The notes under the pieces were generated by a model. That model did not search any database, was not told the DNA's origin, and was given only the letters and a program-made list of their open reading frames with translations. The position numbers and the translations under genes are program-made. DNA of 63,786 nt, filler included, from Octopus bimaculoides (Eukaryota), in NCBI RefSeq assembly GCF_001194135.2. It is 5 parts of 4 records of this genome, joined end to end, with 100 filler letters (N's around TTAATTAATTAA, not from the genome) between each part and the next. Parts side by side here need not be neighbours in the genome. Positions count along the whole stretch, not along the records: positions 29,446 to 43,566 come from NC_068986.1; positions 43,667 to 60,143 come from NC_068984.1; 3 more parts are not named here. One strand, 5' to 3'. This document shows positions 37,987 through 51,952 of the stretch, piece after piece (the stretch's first letter is position 1; every line of letters begins with the position of its first letter).

Positions 37987-38317
37987 GGCGCATGGCTCAG
38001 TGGTTAGAGCGTCGAACTTACGATCGTGAAGTCGTGAGTTCGAATCCCAGACCGGGCTGCATGTTGTGTTCTTGAGCAAGACACTTTATTTCATGTTGCT
38101 CCAGTTCACTCAGCTGTAGAAATGAGTTGCGACATCACATGTGCCAAGCTGTATCAGCCTTTGCCTTTCCCTTGGATAACATTGGTGGCGTGGAGGGGGA
38201 AGCCGGTATGCATGGATGACTGCTGGTCTTCCATAAACAACCTTGCCCGGACTTGTGCCTGGGAGGGTAACTTTCTAGTTGCAATCCCTTGGTCAGTCAT
38301 GACCGAAGGGGGTCTCT
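37987..38317 (+). mobile_element. Full-length tRNA-derived SINE with S3-type body and a different tail
   Basis: A box tggctcagtggtt, B box gagttcgaatccc, body gttgtgttcttgagcaagacactttatttc, tail ...atgaccgaagggggtctc. Confidence 0.85.
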
Positions 38318-39352
38318 CATTATTTTAAATTTGGTTTCTTTTCCTTTCTGTAGCGACAGTGTTTTAATTTTTTTAGCTTACGAACAATATTTCTTATGAA
38401 CAACAAACAATTACAACACCCACATGATCTATAGATGATAGATATCGTAATATTTTAGAACTTTCCTTTGTTTTGCAAATAATACATCAAAACCTAGATC
38501 TCAATTGGTTTCCTCTTCAGAGCTGCAAATTACTTGATAGAATCTCTTTCATTGACGTATTTCTTTGACAACCTAGATGTGCAAATATGCACAAGTGGAT
38601 CTTAATTTTCTTTCTTTTATTAATCAAACTTGTTTATAACAATTTTATAGATATCTCGATTTTCAAGACGCTCAAATATTAGTATGGGTTTTCTAGAACC
38701 TTACATTAAGTTTTGTAAAAATCTTAAGCGCACCTACATACATCTTGCAATTCAGTGGTCGAAAAATACTACTTTACGCCACCTTACCAAATCCAATAGA
38801 TACATACGCTTCACTTTTCTCGTTCTTGCTCACTCCCTGTTTTAAATCAAGCGCTTTCCAAATAACGCCTTTGATCTGTAACCTTCTTAAATGTACTCAA
38901 AGCCCGTATTTTACTCAATCCACCTGAAATTGTTTCCTCGTGCTAATTAACTGTATGTGTAATTAACAGGTATGAATTTTGGAGATAGTATACTCAACAT
39001 TCCTGGTTCTTTATTTTATAATTCTTGAACTATGAAAGATAAAGTTGATCGCGGGATTTGTGATTACATTCCGATATTGCGTTCCCATATTAATATTAAC
39101 CTAAGAAGAGAGGACTGTTGTTGGCGAAAACGAAAGAATTAAACATTACCTACTTTGCATTTTTTCTTAAAAGGCACACACTAAACAATGTACTCCTAGA
39201 TACATAATGTCCAAATAAACATGATACCTAAATAATGTTCCATGGCAGCAACATTGTTGATCATAGGTCTGCTCATTCAGGGCTAACTCGGAGTTAAGCA
39301 AAAACAACAAATCATAAAACTAAACCAGAAAATATTTTAGAAATACTATTCA

Positions 39353-39545
39353 GTTAGCGGTATTTCGTCTGCCGTTACGCTCTCAGTTCAAATTCCACCG
39401 AGGTCGACTTTACCTTTCATCCTTTCAGGGTCGATGAATTAAGTACCAGTTACGCACTGGCGTCAATCTAATCGACTTAATCCCTTTGTCTGTCCTTGTT
39501 TGTCCCCTCTATGTTTAGCCCCTTGTGGGCAATAAAGAAATAAGA
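39353..39545 (+). mobile_element. SINE S2, 5-prime truncated
   Basis: Near identical to 15905-16099. Confidence 0.8.
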
Positions 39546-39899
39546 TACAATATCACAACTTTCGGGGTTAAGTATTGGCATTTATATAGACCTCTGTACC
39601 TCATTGGTGTTTATGATTAGAATCTAAATGGACACAACACAACATACTGCAGCTAATTTTATCCGTCATTCTGCCGATTTTACTCACTTAAATAGTTGAC
39701 TACGCAGTTAATATAATAAGAGTATCAAATACCAGCTAAGAGTATTATCAGCTAAGGTTCTCAACAAAAAGAAAATTAGAAGAGAAAGGCCACTGTAAAA
39801 TTTATGTTGCTGCTGTTCAAGATCAAATGAAACCAGAATTTGCTAAAAGAAAAGGGAAATTTCTCTACAGTTAACAGTACTAGTAATTTAATTTCGCCG

Positions 39900-40215
39900 A
39901 TATTTTCCAAACCCAAGGTATCAGTTGAAAACTTCCTGGTGATTCTCAAGATAGATTTCTAGAGTTGAAGAGAGGATTCAGGAGCAAAAGTGATGTTTGA
40001 TTAATCGCAGAATTTTTGTTCTTGAGGTGTTGTTCCGATCAAAAAATAATAGAAAGGGCACTACATGCCTTGCTTATATTTGTGAGTCAGGCTTTTGAAG
40101 TCTGTTGTAAATGAAAACTAAACAACGGAAGTTGAAAATAGTTCATGTTGCAATCTTTCAAGCACTCTTCCACGTATCCAAGAATTGGAAAAGATAAAGC
40201 AGGCTTTTCGTTGAC
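39900..40215 (+). mobile_element. hAT (Buster/Charlie-like) transposase C-terminal dimerisation remnant
   Basis: YICESGF*SLL*MKTKQR then ..STLPRIQELEKIKQA resemble YLCESGFS.L..IKTK.RNRL...LS...PRI..L...KQA. Confidence 0.6.
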
Positions 40216-40589
40216 TTTAATTTCTAGAAATTCTATTACAGTATAGATAGGATAATTTCTCACAGATACAATGTCACAGCTTACAACATCTTGATATTCG
40301 GTTGAATCTTCTTTCTAATTTATTGAAGTGTGTTCCAGTAAATTTGATGTTTTAAGTAATTAGTTATAAATATAAAAAGAAATTCTTTTATTCAAGTTTT
40401 AAATCCATTAATGTTTTCTATTCTGATTAAAGCTCTTATAAAGATAAATAAATTTTACGTGCTAATATAGTAAAATTTTAACGATTTTCAATATTATACG
40501 CATATTATTCGGAATTGAACATTAGAAAGCTAGGAAAAGCATACTAAAATATAGTGAATTAAATAGACCGCGAGTGAGAGAGTGGGGAG

Positions 40590-40672
40590 AGAGTAATTCA
40601 TTGAAGCTGAAAATACTCCACAGACTGTTACTCAGAGTTTCACGTAACCGATTATCGGTCCGTCGTTAGTGT
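40590..40672 (-). mobile_element. pLTR-like repeat family C with a broken hammerhead
   Basis: Minus strand CGU-GAAACUCUGAGUAACAGU matches the 3-prime half of the 59966 HHR; the CUGA part is deleted. Confidence 0.6.
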
Positions 40673-41794
40673 TCAGAGCAATACAATAGTTTAGGAGTAT
40701 TTATGAAATTTATAAACGATGTAGTAATTATTATTTACTTATCCATCCAATAAACTTTTAATGCTAATTGGACAGGGCATTATTACTTCAAAATAAGGAG
40801 AATCTGTTGGATCAAACAGAATTGACCTTGCCGGAAAAGAAAACATAAACATTAAAAGCAAGTCGAAATTGAATTAAAAATTGCATATTATAAATCGTCT
40901 ATACTTGTGGAAACAGGCATAAAAACACAGCGGATAAAAATGGCCCTTAAAGAAAAATGTTGTTAGCGATAAAAATTATAATTAAAATTGAAAATTAATA
41001 CAAGGACGAACGGGTTTTACAAACAAGTACAAAAGAAATTCAAAAATAAAAGTATAAATAAAAATAAATAAATGAACTTACTACAGAGAGGGGGTTGGAG
41101 TCATGTAAAATTAGAGAAGGAAGAGAAAAGCATAGAAGCTAAGAAGAACAGATAGGGGAACGATAGGGAAAGAAAGGAACGGAAGGGAATAACAAGGAAA
41201 GCGACAAGGAAAAAATAAAAGGAAATGGTATTTAAGTTGAAATACACTAATACTAAAAACATAAAGTATCTAATACGGATAGCTATAAGTACAGAAGGGA
41301 GGTGATTAGAAAACATACAATAGATAGAGGAATTAGACAGATACAGAAGTAAAAGTATGAAGAAGATAAAAACGAAATCATGAACACAAAAACACAGAAA
41401 AAGGCCAATCGAAATATAACGCACGAAATTCAATTTCGAAAATTACAATGGCTTAGAATATATATATATATATATGTGTGTGTGTGCGTGTGTGTGTGTG
41501 TGTGTGTATGCATAGGAATATACAAAAGATTCAATCCAATCACTTCAAGACAGAAGTAAATATAGAAAGTGAATGATAAAATAAAATACTAGAACATAAA
41601 ATATCATGAACAATATAATATACATATTTGCAACATATATCCTGGTCGATAAAAGCTCATATGAAAAGAAAAATGTATAAAATAATATAGATTGAATTCG
41701 AAAGTTGGAATTCAAGATTGGAAAATCACTATATTACAAAATACGAAAAGAATAGGCTAGAAACAGTAAATTATTTTAATCATTCAGTGGCAAA

Positions 41795-42815
41795 GGTCCC
41801 GAAATCAGAAATTTTGAAGAATGTCTACAACAGTCAAAAGTTCAGATTTATAATTAAATACACATTGATCTTGTAACAGGATAAAATATTTTTCACTTAA
41901 GCAGAACAGGCATTCCATGCCTATATGGGTTTGATTTTTCCAAGATAAACCATTTTATTTTGAAAGGGGCAAAACTAGTTTGGTTGTTTGTTTTTAATTA
42001 CCCCTTAGATAAAGTTATTGATGACCTTTTTCCTGGGTATTTAAATGGATTATGTAGCTCCGGTGTAATTTTTATATGTAGGACTATTATCGATCTGGAT
42101 TTTAGTCCTATAAACAACTCCTTTTATCTGGCAACTTCTATGAAGAGGGCAGTTGCTATGGTTCTTGTAATTACACTTAGGGCCGTCATTATATACATTA
42201 GATTTGCCGAGCCTACTTATATTGTGTTGGTTAACAAACAAAAAGAAGATTTTGCAGTAAAAATAGCTAACCTTCAGGGCTATTCTGATAAAAACTTTAT
42301 GATATCTATGATCCCTGGGAAAAGCCTAGATACCGAATTTACTACAAAAAAAAAACATCTCTGCTCGAAGAGTCCACTATTCTTAAGTGCGTCGTTGTTG
42401 GACGAAGAAGCATTGTCCAAAGCCGTCTCATCCGATGACAAGACATAGATTTGCTTGCCTATGTTACTAAACATGCGCTTTGCTACAGGAGGTGGATGAT
42501 TGGAACCTTTATTGATATAGAATAACCTTGCATTAGATTTTTTGATGAAGCCTAAATATATTGGGTTGCAGATTTAGCTTGATATCTAAGATGTTGACAC
42601 TACTTAAGCTACGTAACAAATGTAATCTATGAGGCCATGCACTGGAAGAATGCAATAAGCTTTTTACTAAGCTTGTCGAGCATATGTCCATTCATACTGC
42701 GGGCAACAATAAGGCCGCCAATCCTTGTATATAAAGGAATTCTGAATGCAAGCAATCCGGAAAACAAGTCCTTATAAGTATGCATAATATTGTTCCATCA
42801 TATGCACCCGTGTGT
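41795..42815 (-). mobile_element. Penelope-like element remnant: RT C-terminal half, linker and GIY-YIG endonuclease
   Basis: GAYDG; MNGHMLDKLSKKLIAFFQ; VNILDIKLNL; LFYINKGSNHPP; LSSDETALDNASSSNNDALKNSG; CNYKNHSNCPLHRSCQIKGVVY..NYTGAT; LSEKYFIL..NYKSELLT. Confidence 0.9.
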
Positions 42816-43123
42816 GAGGAGTGGTTGTGTGTATATATATACACACACACAAACACACACACAAACACACACACACACACAAATATATATATATATGTAA
42901 CAGAAACTATTATTGTTACTTAATCCTTTTTTATTTGGTGATAAAATATTCGTCTTACTATCTGCGTGTCAGTGTGACGAAAATTTTAACATCAACTAAT
43001 TATGTGAAGTCAACATTTTCTGCAGGTCTTTGAGTAGTTAAAATGAGTCTTCAACGTTGTAATTGCGTTAGTTTCAACACACGGTCTCAGCTCAACTAAC
43101 TTGCCAGGTATGTATCTATCCAA

Positions 43124-43205
<82 letters not shown>

Positions 43206-43229
43206 AAGTTAGTACATAAGTGTAAAACA

Positions 43230-43410
43230 AGGTGAAAAAATAGTACTCTAATAAGAAACAGAGTAATATGCTATTTTATTAAAGCTGACAAAAATCTGCA
43301 CACAATTTTACCCACAGTTTCATGTAATCGGTCTTCGGACATTTGTGATACTAGTATTTTCTCAACTGCCTGATGAACGGTAACGTGAATCTCCGACTAA
43401 CAGTTTATGA
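43230..43410. mobile_element. Two divergently oriented family C pLTR/HHR remnants (minus ~43290-43345, plus 43363-43406)
   Basis: Plus: AACUGC-CUGAUGA-ACG-GUAA-CGU-GAAU-CUCCGA-CUA-ACAGUU. Minus: CCGAAGA...GAAAC-UGUGG-GUA then cagctttaataaaat, shared with 60035-60050. Confidence 0.6.
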
Positions 43411-43527
43411 AGGTAGCATGTATATATACATACATATATACATACTCACACACACACATACACACATATTTATATGTATGTATGTATAGATAGATAGATA
43501 GATAGGTATATCTATAAATATAATTAC

Positions 43528-43566
<39 letters not shown>

Positions 43567-43666
43567 NNNNNNNNNNNNNNNNNNNNNNNNNNNNNNNNNN
43601 NNNNNNNNNNTTAATTAATTAANNNNNNNNNNNNNNNNNNNNNNNNNNNNNNNNNNNNNNNNNNNN

Positions 43667-43709
<43 letters not shown>

Positions 43710-45309
43710 GATTTGTATATACATGTATGTATATGTTTATATATATTTATGTCTATACATAGTATACGCATACACCCACCTGTATGTGTAGATTTATGTG
43801 TGTTTGTGTGTGTGTGTGTGCTTTTATGCATAAATATGCATATTCACACACACGTGAACACATACACATACACGCACAGACACACACACACACACATACA
43901 CACCTATATAAATAAATGTCGAGGTGGAATGCGATTTGCTGGAATAACAGACTCGAGAGAGTGTCGCACAAAACAAAATGCCTGGCTATATTTGTTCCGG
44001 CTCGTTACATTCAGAGTTTGTCTGAGTCAACATTGGTGCCGAGTTATATCGACCATTAACTTTCCCGTGGACAAAATCAATGGTGACGCGACGAGCGACT
44101 TACTGCACGGCCAATTACACTTAGTCTCCCTTTAAATATCAGAGCTTGACCATACCTGAGCATTGGAGATGACCTTCCGTTGCTTAACAAAGGACTAACT
44201 TGACCGAGGTAGGCACCAGCATTCTATGCATGTATGTATGTATGCATGTATGTATGTATGCATGCATGTATGTATGTATGTATGTATGTATGTATGTATG
44301 TATGTATGTACGTCATTGTTCAGGTTTATTTCAAGACATTTTGCCAAGAGAGAAATTGCCGGTTTCTAACCTAGACCCAAGGTTCCTTCATTCGAATTTC
44401 AGCATCAACAACAGAATATTTTTGTTTGTATGTATGTATGTATGTATGTATGTATGTATGTATGTATGTATGTATGTCTGAAAAAATGAAAGTGTCTTTT
44501 TCTTAACGGCGTGTAAAATGTGTGGAGTTTTTGATTAATTAGATTATCTACAGCTTTAGTTAATTAAATGGTGCCCTGATAATTGATTTTTCTTATGCTT
44601 TTCTTTTTAATAATTAATTCGATTTTTTTATATCTTATGCGATACCTTTCCATCAAACGGGCAACATGAGCTGCTTTGCCTCCATTAAGCATTGTACTTA
44701 TGCTCCGGCACCCTACACAATTTGTGGTTTTTGGCGTTGCCAATGACATAATCGGCCGCTGGGCTTCCCCTCAGGCTTTGTACATTGGCGTCATTCTACT
44801 TCCAGTTGCCGTCCCGTCCACGATCACGGCTTCTCTAGACTTTTTATCTGTTGCGAAGGACCATTGACAAGGAATGGACACAAGAACGGTGTCGAAACTG
44901 GGACAAGATCAGAACAGTGGCAGGAAACAGAACAAGTTGGAGAAATCACATTAAGGCCTTATGTGACTCGTGGCACTGAGAGCACTAAGTAACTATGTGA
45001 TAACTAATGTAGCATGTATGCAGTTTGAGTTCGAATGAAATTTCTGGTCGAGTTGACCTGAACATTTGTAAAAATGTTACAATTACTGAGCTGTTACACG
45101 TAACACAAATTTGTTACACATGAATGATACAAGAATTGATTACTCAGTGACAGACAGCATAACATCCGTTGGTCACTATGAAACATTGCAGGCAGGTCAA
45201 GTGAGAAAGTGTCCGAATAACTTTTAAATATTTAAAGTTTATCTGGATCGTAATTTCAACATATCGGTGTGAAATGACACTACAGTGTTTCGAATCACAG
45301 CTAACCAAA

Positions 45310-45500
45310 ATATTGGTTTCAAATTTTGATACAAGGTGGGCAATATCAAGGGCAGGTTAAATCCATTTCCTCGATCTTAGTGTTTAGCTGGTACTTTTTT
45401 TATCGATCCCGAAAGGACGACCGGTAAAGTCGACCTTGGCGGAATTTCGAACGCAGAACGTAACGACGGAGGAAATGCCGCTAGGCATTTTGCTGGACAA
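45310..45500 (-). mobile_element. SINE S2
   Basis: gtcgaccttggcggaatttcgaacgcagaacgta is the reverse complement of the S2 B-box region. Confidence 0.7.
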
Positions 45501-47082
45501 AGAAACGATTTTGCTAATTAACTTTTTCTCATTACAGCCAGCGAATGTATTTGCTTCAACCGAAGAGAAGTTTACCCTAACAGAAGTAATATTACTCGAA
45601 ATCGTAAGTTCTTTGATAATATGGAATCCCAGCTCAATTCGCAAGTACCCACTGCAGGTTATTGAAATGATTAAATATAGGCTAACGAGGGTCCCTCATT
45701 TTCGTGGACGTCTAATTTGACCAACTAGAAATATCACCAAAATTTCGATCATATCACACTCTAACACCTTCCTTGGAAAACAAGGAGAAATTGGTTGAAT
45801 GCGGTTCTCGGTTCTCGCTTCCCGATGTTTAAAAAAAAATCAATTTGTGAATTTGGATAAGTTCATATTTTGCGCGCAGAGAGATGTTGCGTCAGCAGAA
45901 AGAAAATGATGGAGGTTTCGAGCTTATACTATGAGAAAAGTACTATCTGGTTATGGTTGGCATACTTTGGATCGCATGTTTGTTCGATCAGTATTCACAA
46001 CAAAAACAACTTCGAACAAACAATGTTACGTCTTAAGAGTCTTCAGAAGCGTATCTCACAAAAAAGCACTTAAATTTCGTCCAATCGAAATTCGTAGAAA
46101 ACTCAATGGAAATTAATTAGAAAAGAGACTTGTGAAATAAACAAGACAATACAAGTCAATTATATAAAAGGAGGCTATTTGTGTTTTAACAATGAAAGCT
46201 GTATCGTTAAACATGTCCCTCAGGCTACACACCACCGAAATATCATATTCAGTGACAGACAAAACAGTCACGAGACGATGGATAGAGTCTTCCAAGCGAT
46301 TAAATTGACGAATCTCTAACAAAAATGACATAAACATGTCATTCATGGAGTTGGAAAATAAAATAAAATGCTGCGACTTAATGGGAGAGACCAGTCAGAG
46401 AATCAAGGCCTGCTGAATACATAAAAATCAACAATTAAAACCGCTTCAATACATTTGAAAATAAAGACTTAAAAAATAAAACTCACTGCAAGCGATCTCA
46501 ACTGAAGTGGAATATTGAATGAATTACACCCCAAAATATTTTCACTACCTTCCTGGTAGACATGGAATCTTCTAAACGAGTTCTCGAATATATATGTTGT
46601 TTTTACGAATATTTCGAGTATATATATATATATATATATATATATATNNNNNNNNNNNNNNNNNNNNNNNNNNNNNNNNNNNNNNNNNNNNNNNNNNNNN
46701 NNNNNNNNNNNNNNNNNNNNNNNNNNNNNNNNNNNNNNNNNNNNNNNNNNNNNNNNNNNNNNNNNNNNNNNNNNNNNNNNNNNNNNNNNNNNNNNNNNNN
46801 NNNNNNTGTGTGTATGTGTGTGTGTGTTGCTTTTATTGTCGCAATTGAGAAACAATAGCGTCGGTTGGGTATTACGGGCCTCCAACAAACTAATTATTGT
46901 TTCACTGCTCTGCCGAGGGTGTGTGTTAATTATAATAATAGTAATTATTATTTTTAATTGAGACAATCAGTTCAAAGCTTGGACTGAATTCGGATTTGAA
47001 ATCTTGTCACCTAATTTTAAAGAATCAATATTGGACTCTAACAAACAGTAAATAATGACTGATTTAAAAGTTAACGTTTATA

Positions 47083-47982
47083 CTAGATATGATCAATAAG
47101 TATCCAGACTATTGCCATAGTAACGAAGCTAAAGAACGCAGAGCGAAGCTGCTTAGCACAGATTGGCCACAGACCCAGTTGTGCAGGCGCACTAAGTTTT
47201 AACGTTGTAGCTCACTTCTGCTGATTACGGGAAGGAACGTGTGTAGCGTCTGATTGTCGCATTGACTATGACAGAGAAAGCTGTCATGGCGATACCTGCT
47301 CAGAGGCCAACGCAATGTTGCAGAAAGTGTATGGAGAGGAGTATATGAACCGCACACAAGTGTACGAGTGGTTCAGACGTTTCCAAGATGGCCAAAAATC
47401 TGTCGATATTGACTAATGTTTTGGGAGACTAATGTTTTGACTAATGCTTTGACTAATGTATTGACTAATGTTTTGGGGGTCGATGTGGCTGACCTACTCA
47501 CCTCCCTTGAAATTACTGGCCTCCTGCTAAAATTTGAAACAGAAGAATTAAGAAAATCATCGCAGGTGTGCGTGCAGCAGTGAGGGGAAATCGTCGAATC
47601 ACCATCCGTGAGTTATCAGAGGAGGTGAAGATTAGTTGCGGTTCAGTTCAGTCCATTACCACTGAAGATTTGTGTATGAGACGCGTGTCTGCCAAGTTTG
47701 AGCCAAAACCGCTTTCAGACTCGTAGGTTTCGGTTGCCCAAGATCTCCTTGATTGTGTCGAGCAGGAATCGCCAAGCTTTTGACGGAATTTGATGCAGAA
47801 TCTCTGCTCAACTTTCTCTGCCATGGTCAATGCGACGATCACACGCTATGCACCTTTCTTCCAAGCACTTCGTGTGCACATACTGCAGAGGTCAAGTTCA
47901 ATCTGTGACAAGTGGCTTCACTCTCCATGCTTTCGCTTCGTTTCTATAGCAACAGTCAGAATACTTATTGATCTAAAATACG
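47083..47982. mobile_element. Non-autonomous mariner derivative with the 5-prime end duplicated in inverted orientation
   Basis: Both ends carry gatcaataagta.. TIR, leader and start codon facing inward. Plus: MTEK..EANAMLQKVYGEEYMNRTQVYEWFRRFQDG and IRELSEEVKISCGSVQSITTEDLCMRRVSAKF. Minus: MAEKVEQRFCIKFRQKLGDSCS. TA at both boundaries. Confidence 0.8.
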
Positions 47983-48868
47983 TATGGTCCTAATGTATAT
48001 GTATAAATCTTGAACACTAGAGTAAAACACCCATATACAAATGTACATTTGTGCTCTCACTTTCTCTCTCTCTAACTCTCTCCCTCTCTTTCTCTCTACC
48101 GCTCTCCCCCCCCTCTCTCTCTCTCTGTCACTTACACGCACACTCGCATGTACACACACAAATACACACAAGGGTTGGACAAAATAATGGAAACAAAGTT
48201 TCCATTTAATATTTTCTTTGTTTTATAAAAAATCTTTCCGTGGCAGTGAGTGGCTGAATAACTTTTCGGGTCTAGCTATGGTGGTATGCATGTCTGACTT
48301 TTTTACGTATTTAGGTTAATTAAAACCTAAATTTAGGCCTCCAATGGAAACTCGTAAAGATATTTCTAAATTAAAGATAAAGTGAAATCCATTGTTATGG
48401 AATTAAACTTGTGGACTGAAAGTTTGCAAAGCAATGAGATTGAATCCTTTAGGTTAACTAAGACCATTTTTGAAAAGTCTCGTAATGTCCAATCTGAAGA
48501 GATAAGAAACTTTTCTATTCAGCCCTGGCATGTTTTAATACCAGTTGCAGGGTTTATTTTCCTCTTCTTCGTAAAAATAGCAATTACATAGGGGAACGTA
48601 AATACTGGAAAATATCTGTCTTTAATGAAGAAAACAGTCGCGTTCGGTTCCACTTAATGAATAAATTGTTGGTTGCATGTAGCAAATGTGAGAGAAGAAG
48701 CGGCTCCCAAAGCACAGAAATATTCCGTGCCATCCCAGAACAGATTGCTAAGATCCGTAATCTAGACCTGAACATTTCTTCCATTGCTCCATGCCTAAAT
48801 ATTATATGTGGTAGAGCCTCGATCCTTCGATTTATTTCTTCATATTTCTCTCTCACACTCCTTCCTCC

Positions 48869-48963
<95 letters not shown>

Positions 48964-49305
48964 CCTGCTTTTTCTTCTGTCCACTTCATGTTCCTTTCAT
49001 CGTGGGTTATCAAGAAATTCAAAGAGACACACCTTGCACATCTCACTAGACGTAATTATTTTGTCAGACACCTGCATGCTCATCGTCGAGACTGACGGAG
49101 ACTGTTTCATTTAGATAGATGTAACGATGCAACAGCATCAAGATAGCTGTACTATTATCGCGAAGTTGCTTCCAGGCCGAATAATTACGGCTAAAACCAT
49201 TAAATGAATGGTTTAGCGTTCAGGTGTATATGTATGCATTTATGTATGCATATACATATGTGTGCGAGTGTGTGTGTGTGTGTGTATTTGTGTGTGTGTG
49301 TTTGT

Positions 49306-49337
<32 letters not shown>

Positions 49338-49483
49338 ATTTGTGTGTGTGTATGTGTGTGTAAGCATACACACGTATATATATATATATGTGTGTATCTA
49401 TATATATATATATATAAAGTACAGAAATGTTATTGTTAAGGCGTATGTTAATGTCTGCATGGTTTACTGTGTGTATATAAATA

Positions 49484-49523
<40 letters not shown>

Positions 49524-50363
49524 CATACATTTATATGCATATATATATATACATTTATATGCATATATATATATACATACTTATATATACATATATATAC
49601 ACACATATATATATATATACATATATATACATATATATTATACATATACCAATATATATATATGTATATATACATATATGTAAATATATGCCACTATGTA
49701 TTATACATATATTGTATATATATATATATATATATACATATACCTAGATGTTTTTGTTCTTTAATCTAATTTGGCTGACTGCAAGTTCATTAATTCCCTA
49801 GTTTTTGTTTGTGTGTCTTTTTCTGTTGTTTTTTTTTTTTTGTTTTCCCCCCTACGACAGCTGTCCGTGTTTCTAATTAATTTATTGGCGAGAGACTCAT
49901 TGACACTGAGCGCAATATAAGATCCTCTTTTATTTAACCGTCTCTGATTTCGCCAGATAATTTCGCTATTATATTTTACTGTTCAATGTGATTCGACTTT
50001 ATATGAAGCTTCTACAATCCTGATCTTTCAAAAGTAGAAGCCGCGCTGCCGACATAGAAATCAATATATTTTATAGATCTCTGGAGAAGAAAATTTGGGA
50101 GTTTTTGTTATTATTGTTTATCTACTAGTCTCATCATTTCTTTGCTGTTAGCGGCTATTTATTAATTCTATATGGGAATTAACGCAATGTAATATGCTGA
50201 GTTCGTATATATCCTTACAAATATTTCTCGTTAATTTGGTCAACTTTTTGTGTAAGTCGTGTTCCGACATTGCTCTCTCTGTACACACACGCGCGCGCGT
50301 ACATATAAATATATATAACAATGAATGAATGTCAAAACTATTGTTTGTAGTGAGTTTCAGGTA

Positions 50364-50426
<63 letters not shown>

Positions 50427-50451
50427 CATTATTATTATTATTATTATTATC

Positions 50452-51322
50452 ATCTTCGTATAAACACAACAGATTAGACTGGAAAAGAAATATATCCTAA
50501 CATCGGGCTACAACAAGTAACCTTAGGTGCCAAGAACCCTCCTTTCTATCCTAGCTGTCCCTAAAAACACTGTTTTCTGCAGCTATTCTAAACTGAGTGT
50601 TATGCCTATTTCCTCTGTCCATCTGTTCAGATCTTCAAGGACAGTTCCCAATGCACCTATAACTACTGGGATACATTTTACCTACACATCCCATACTCTC
50701 TGTAAGTCAATGTCTAGGTCCTGGTTCTTTGCTATTTCTTTTCATATCTATCATGTTGACTTTCTCATCATTTGGGACCGTAAAGTTAATTATCTGACAA
50801 TTTCTATTCTTTTACACTACTACTAAATCAGGCCTTCTAGCTTCCCTTACTCAGTCAATCTGAATGCAAAAGTCCCACATCTTGTATTTCTTACTTTCTA
50901 GTACTTTAGCAAGTTCATGTTCATATAATTTATCAGTATGGTCAAATCCTAGCTTTCTACATAACTCCCAGTGGATAAGTCTCCCTAGGTTGTCATGTAT
51001 TTTCTTGTATTCTTTCCGTGCCGGCATGCTACATTCGCTTACTATATGAGTAACGCTTTCCACTTTTGATTTGCATAACCTATACTGGGAATCTTCTTGG
51101 CTTTTATCCAATTAGTCCTTAATGCTTGATCTTGTGCAGCTAGTAACAGACTTTCTGTCTCTCTTTTCAGCTATCCTTTCTGCAACCATAACCATGTATC
51201 ACTGCCACTCTTTTCTGCAACTATCTTTGGAATCTACCATGCAATGCCTTCTTCTGCCAGTCACATAATTACTTTTCTTTTTTCGGGTTTTTAACTTCGT
51301 AAGGGATTTTGCTTTCCCTATT
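50452..51322 (-). mobile_element. R4/Dong-clade (RLE) non-LTR retrotransposon, 5-prime truncated, 3-prime end in (TAA)n
   Basis: WQKKALHGRFQ; TWLWLQKG*LKRETESLLLAAQDQAL; YRLCKSKVESVTHIVSEC; WDFCIQID; ARRPDLVVV; IPVVIGALG; LQKTVFLGTARI. Confidence 0.9.
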
Positions 51323-51369
51323 CTTGTTGTTGTTGTTGTTGTTGTTCATGGCGTGCATGAATGTTTTAC

Positions 51370-51575
51370 ATTTGCAATCAATATCTTCATCGTTCAGCCA
51401 TAACCTAAACTCTTCTGCTGCGATGTCCTGCGTTGTTCTGAGATGCTGACCGCATAAGTCTTGTCCACAGATGTTTCTTTCTCGCTCCTGTTTTCTTCCT
51501 TTCTTGTATTGCATTGCTGTCTCAACAATTTCTTTCTCATCTTCTCTGGCAGCTGAAGTCAGTCTTTCTGAGTTG
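51370..51575 (-). mobile_element. Second, more diverged R4/Dong ORF fragment
   Basis: ETAMQYKKGRKQERERNICGQDLCGQHLRTTQDIAAEEFRLWLN aligns by eye with the EYK.R.K.ER..W..K.LHG..LR.T.D.A....WLWL region also present at 51180-51320. Confidence 0.6.
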
Positions 51576-51596
51576 CTTCCCATATCATCGTCGTCG

Positions 51597-51627
<31 letters not shown>

Positions 51628-51842
51628 CATCATCATCCCCCACGTCATCATCATCCTCAACATCATCATCATCATCGTCATCGTCATCGTCATCATCATA
51701 ATCCCCATCAACATCAACATCATCATCAATTGCAGCATCTGTGACAAATGAAAAGGTAGCACTCGCGGCAGCAGCAGCATTAGTAGTAGTAGTAATAGTA
51801 GTAATTGCTGTTGTTGTTGTTGTAGTTGTTGTAGTTGTTGCT

Positions 51843-51894
<52 letters not shown>

Positions 51895-51907
51895 AGTAAC
51901 AGCAGCT

Positions 51908-51952
<45 letters not shown>

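Noticed and set aside
48584-48856. 90-aa ORF ending RLFSSLKTDIFQYLRSPM, faintly like a hAT dimerisation motif
   Set aside because: A single short motif with no other supporting residues
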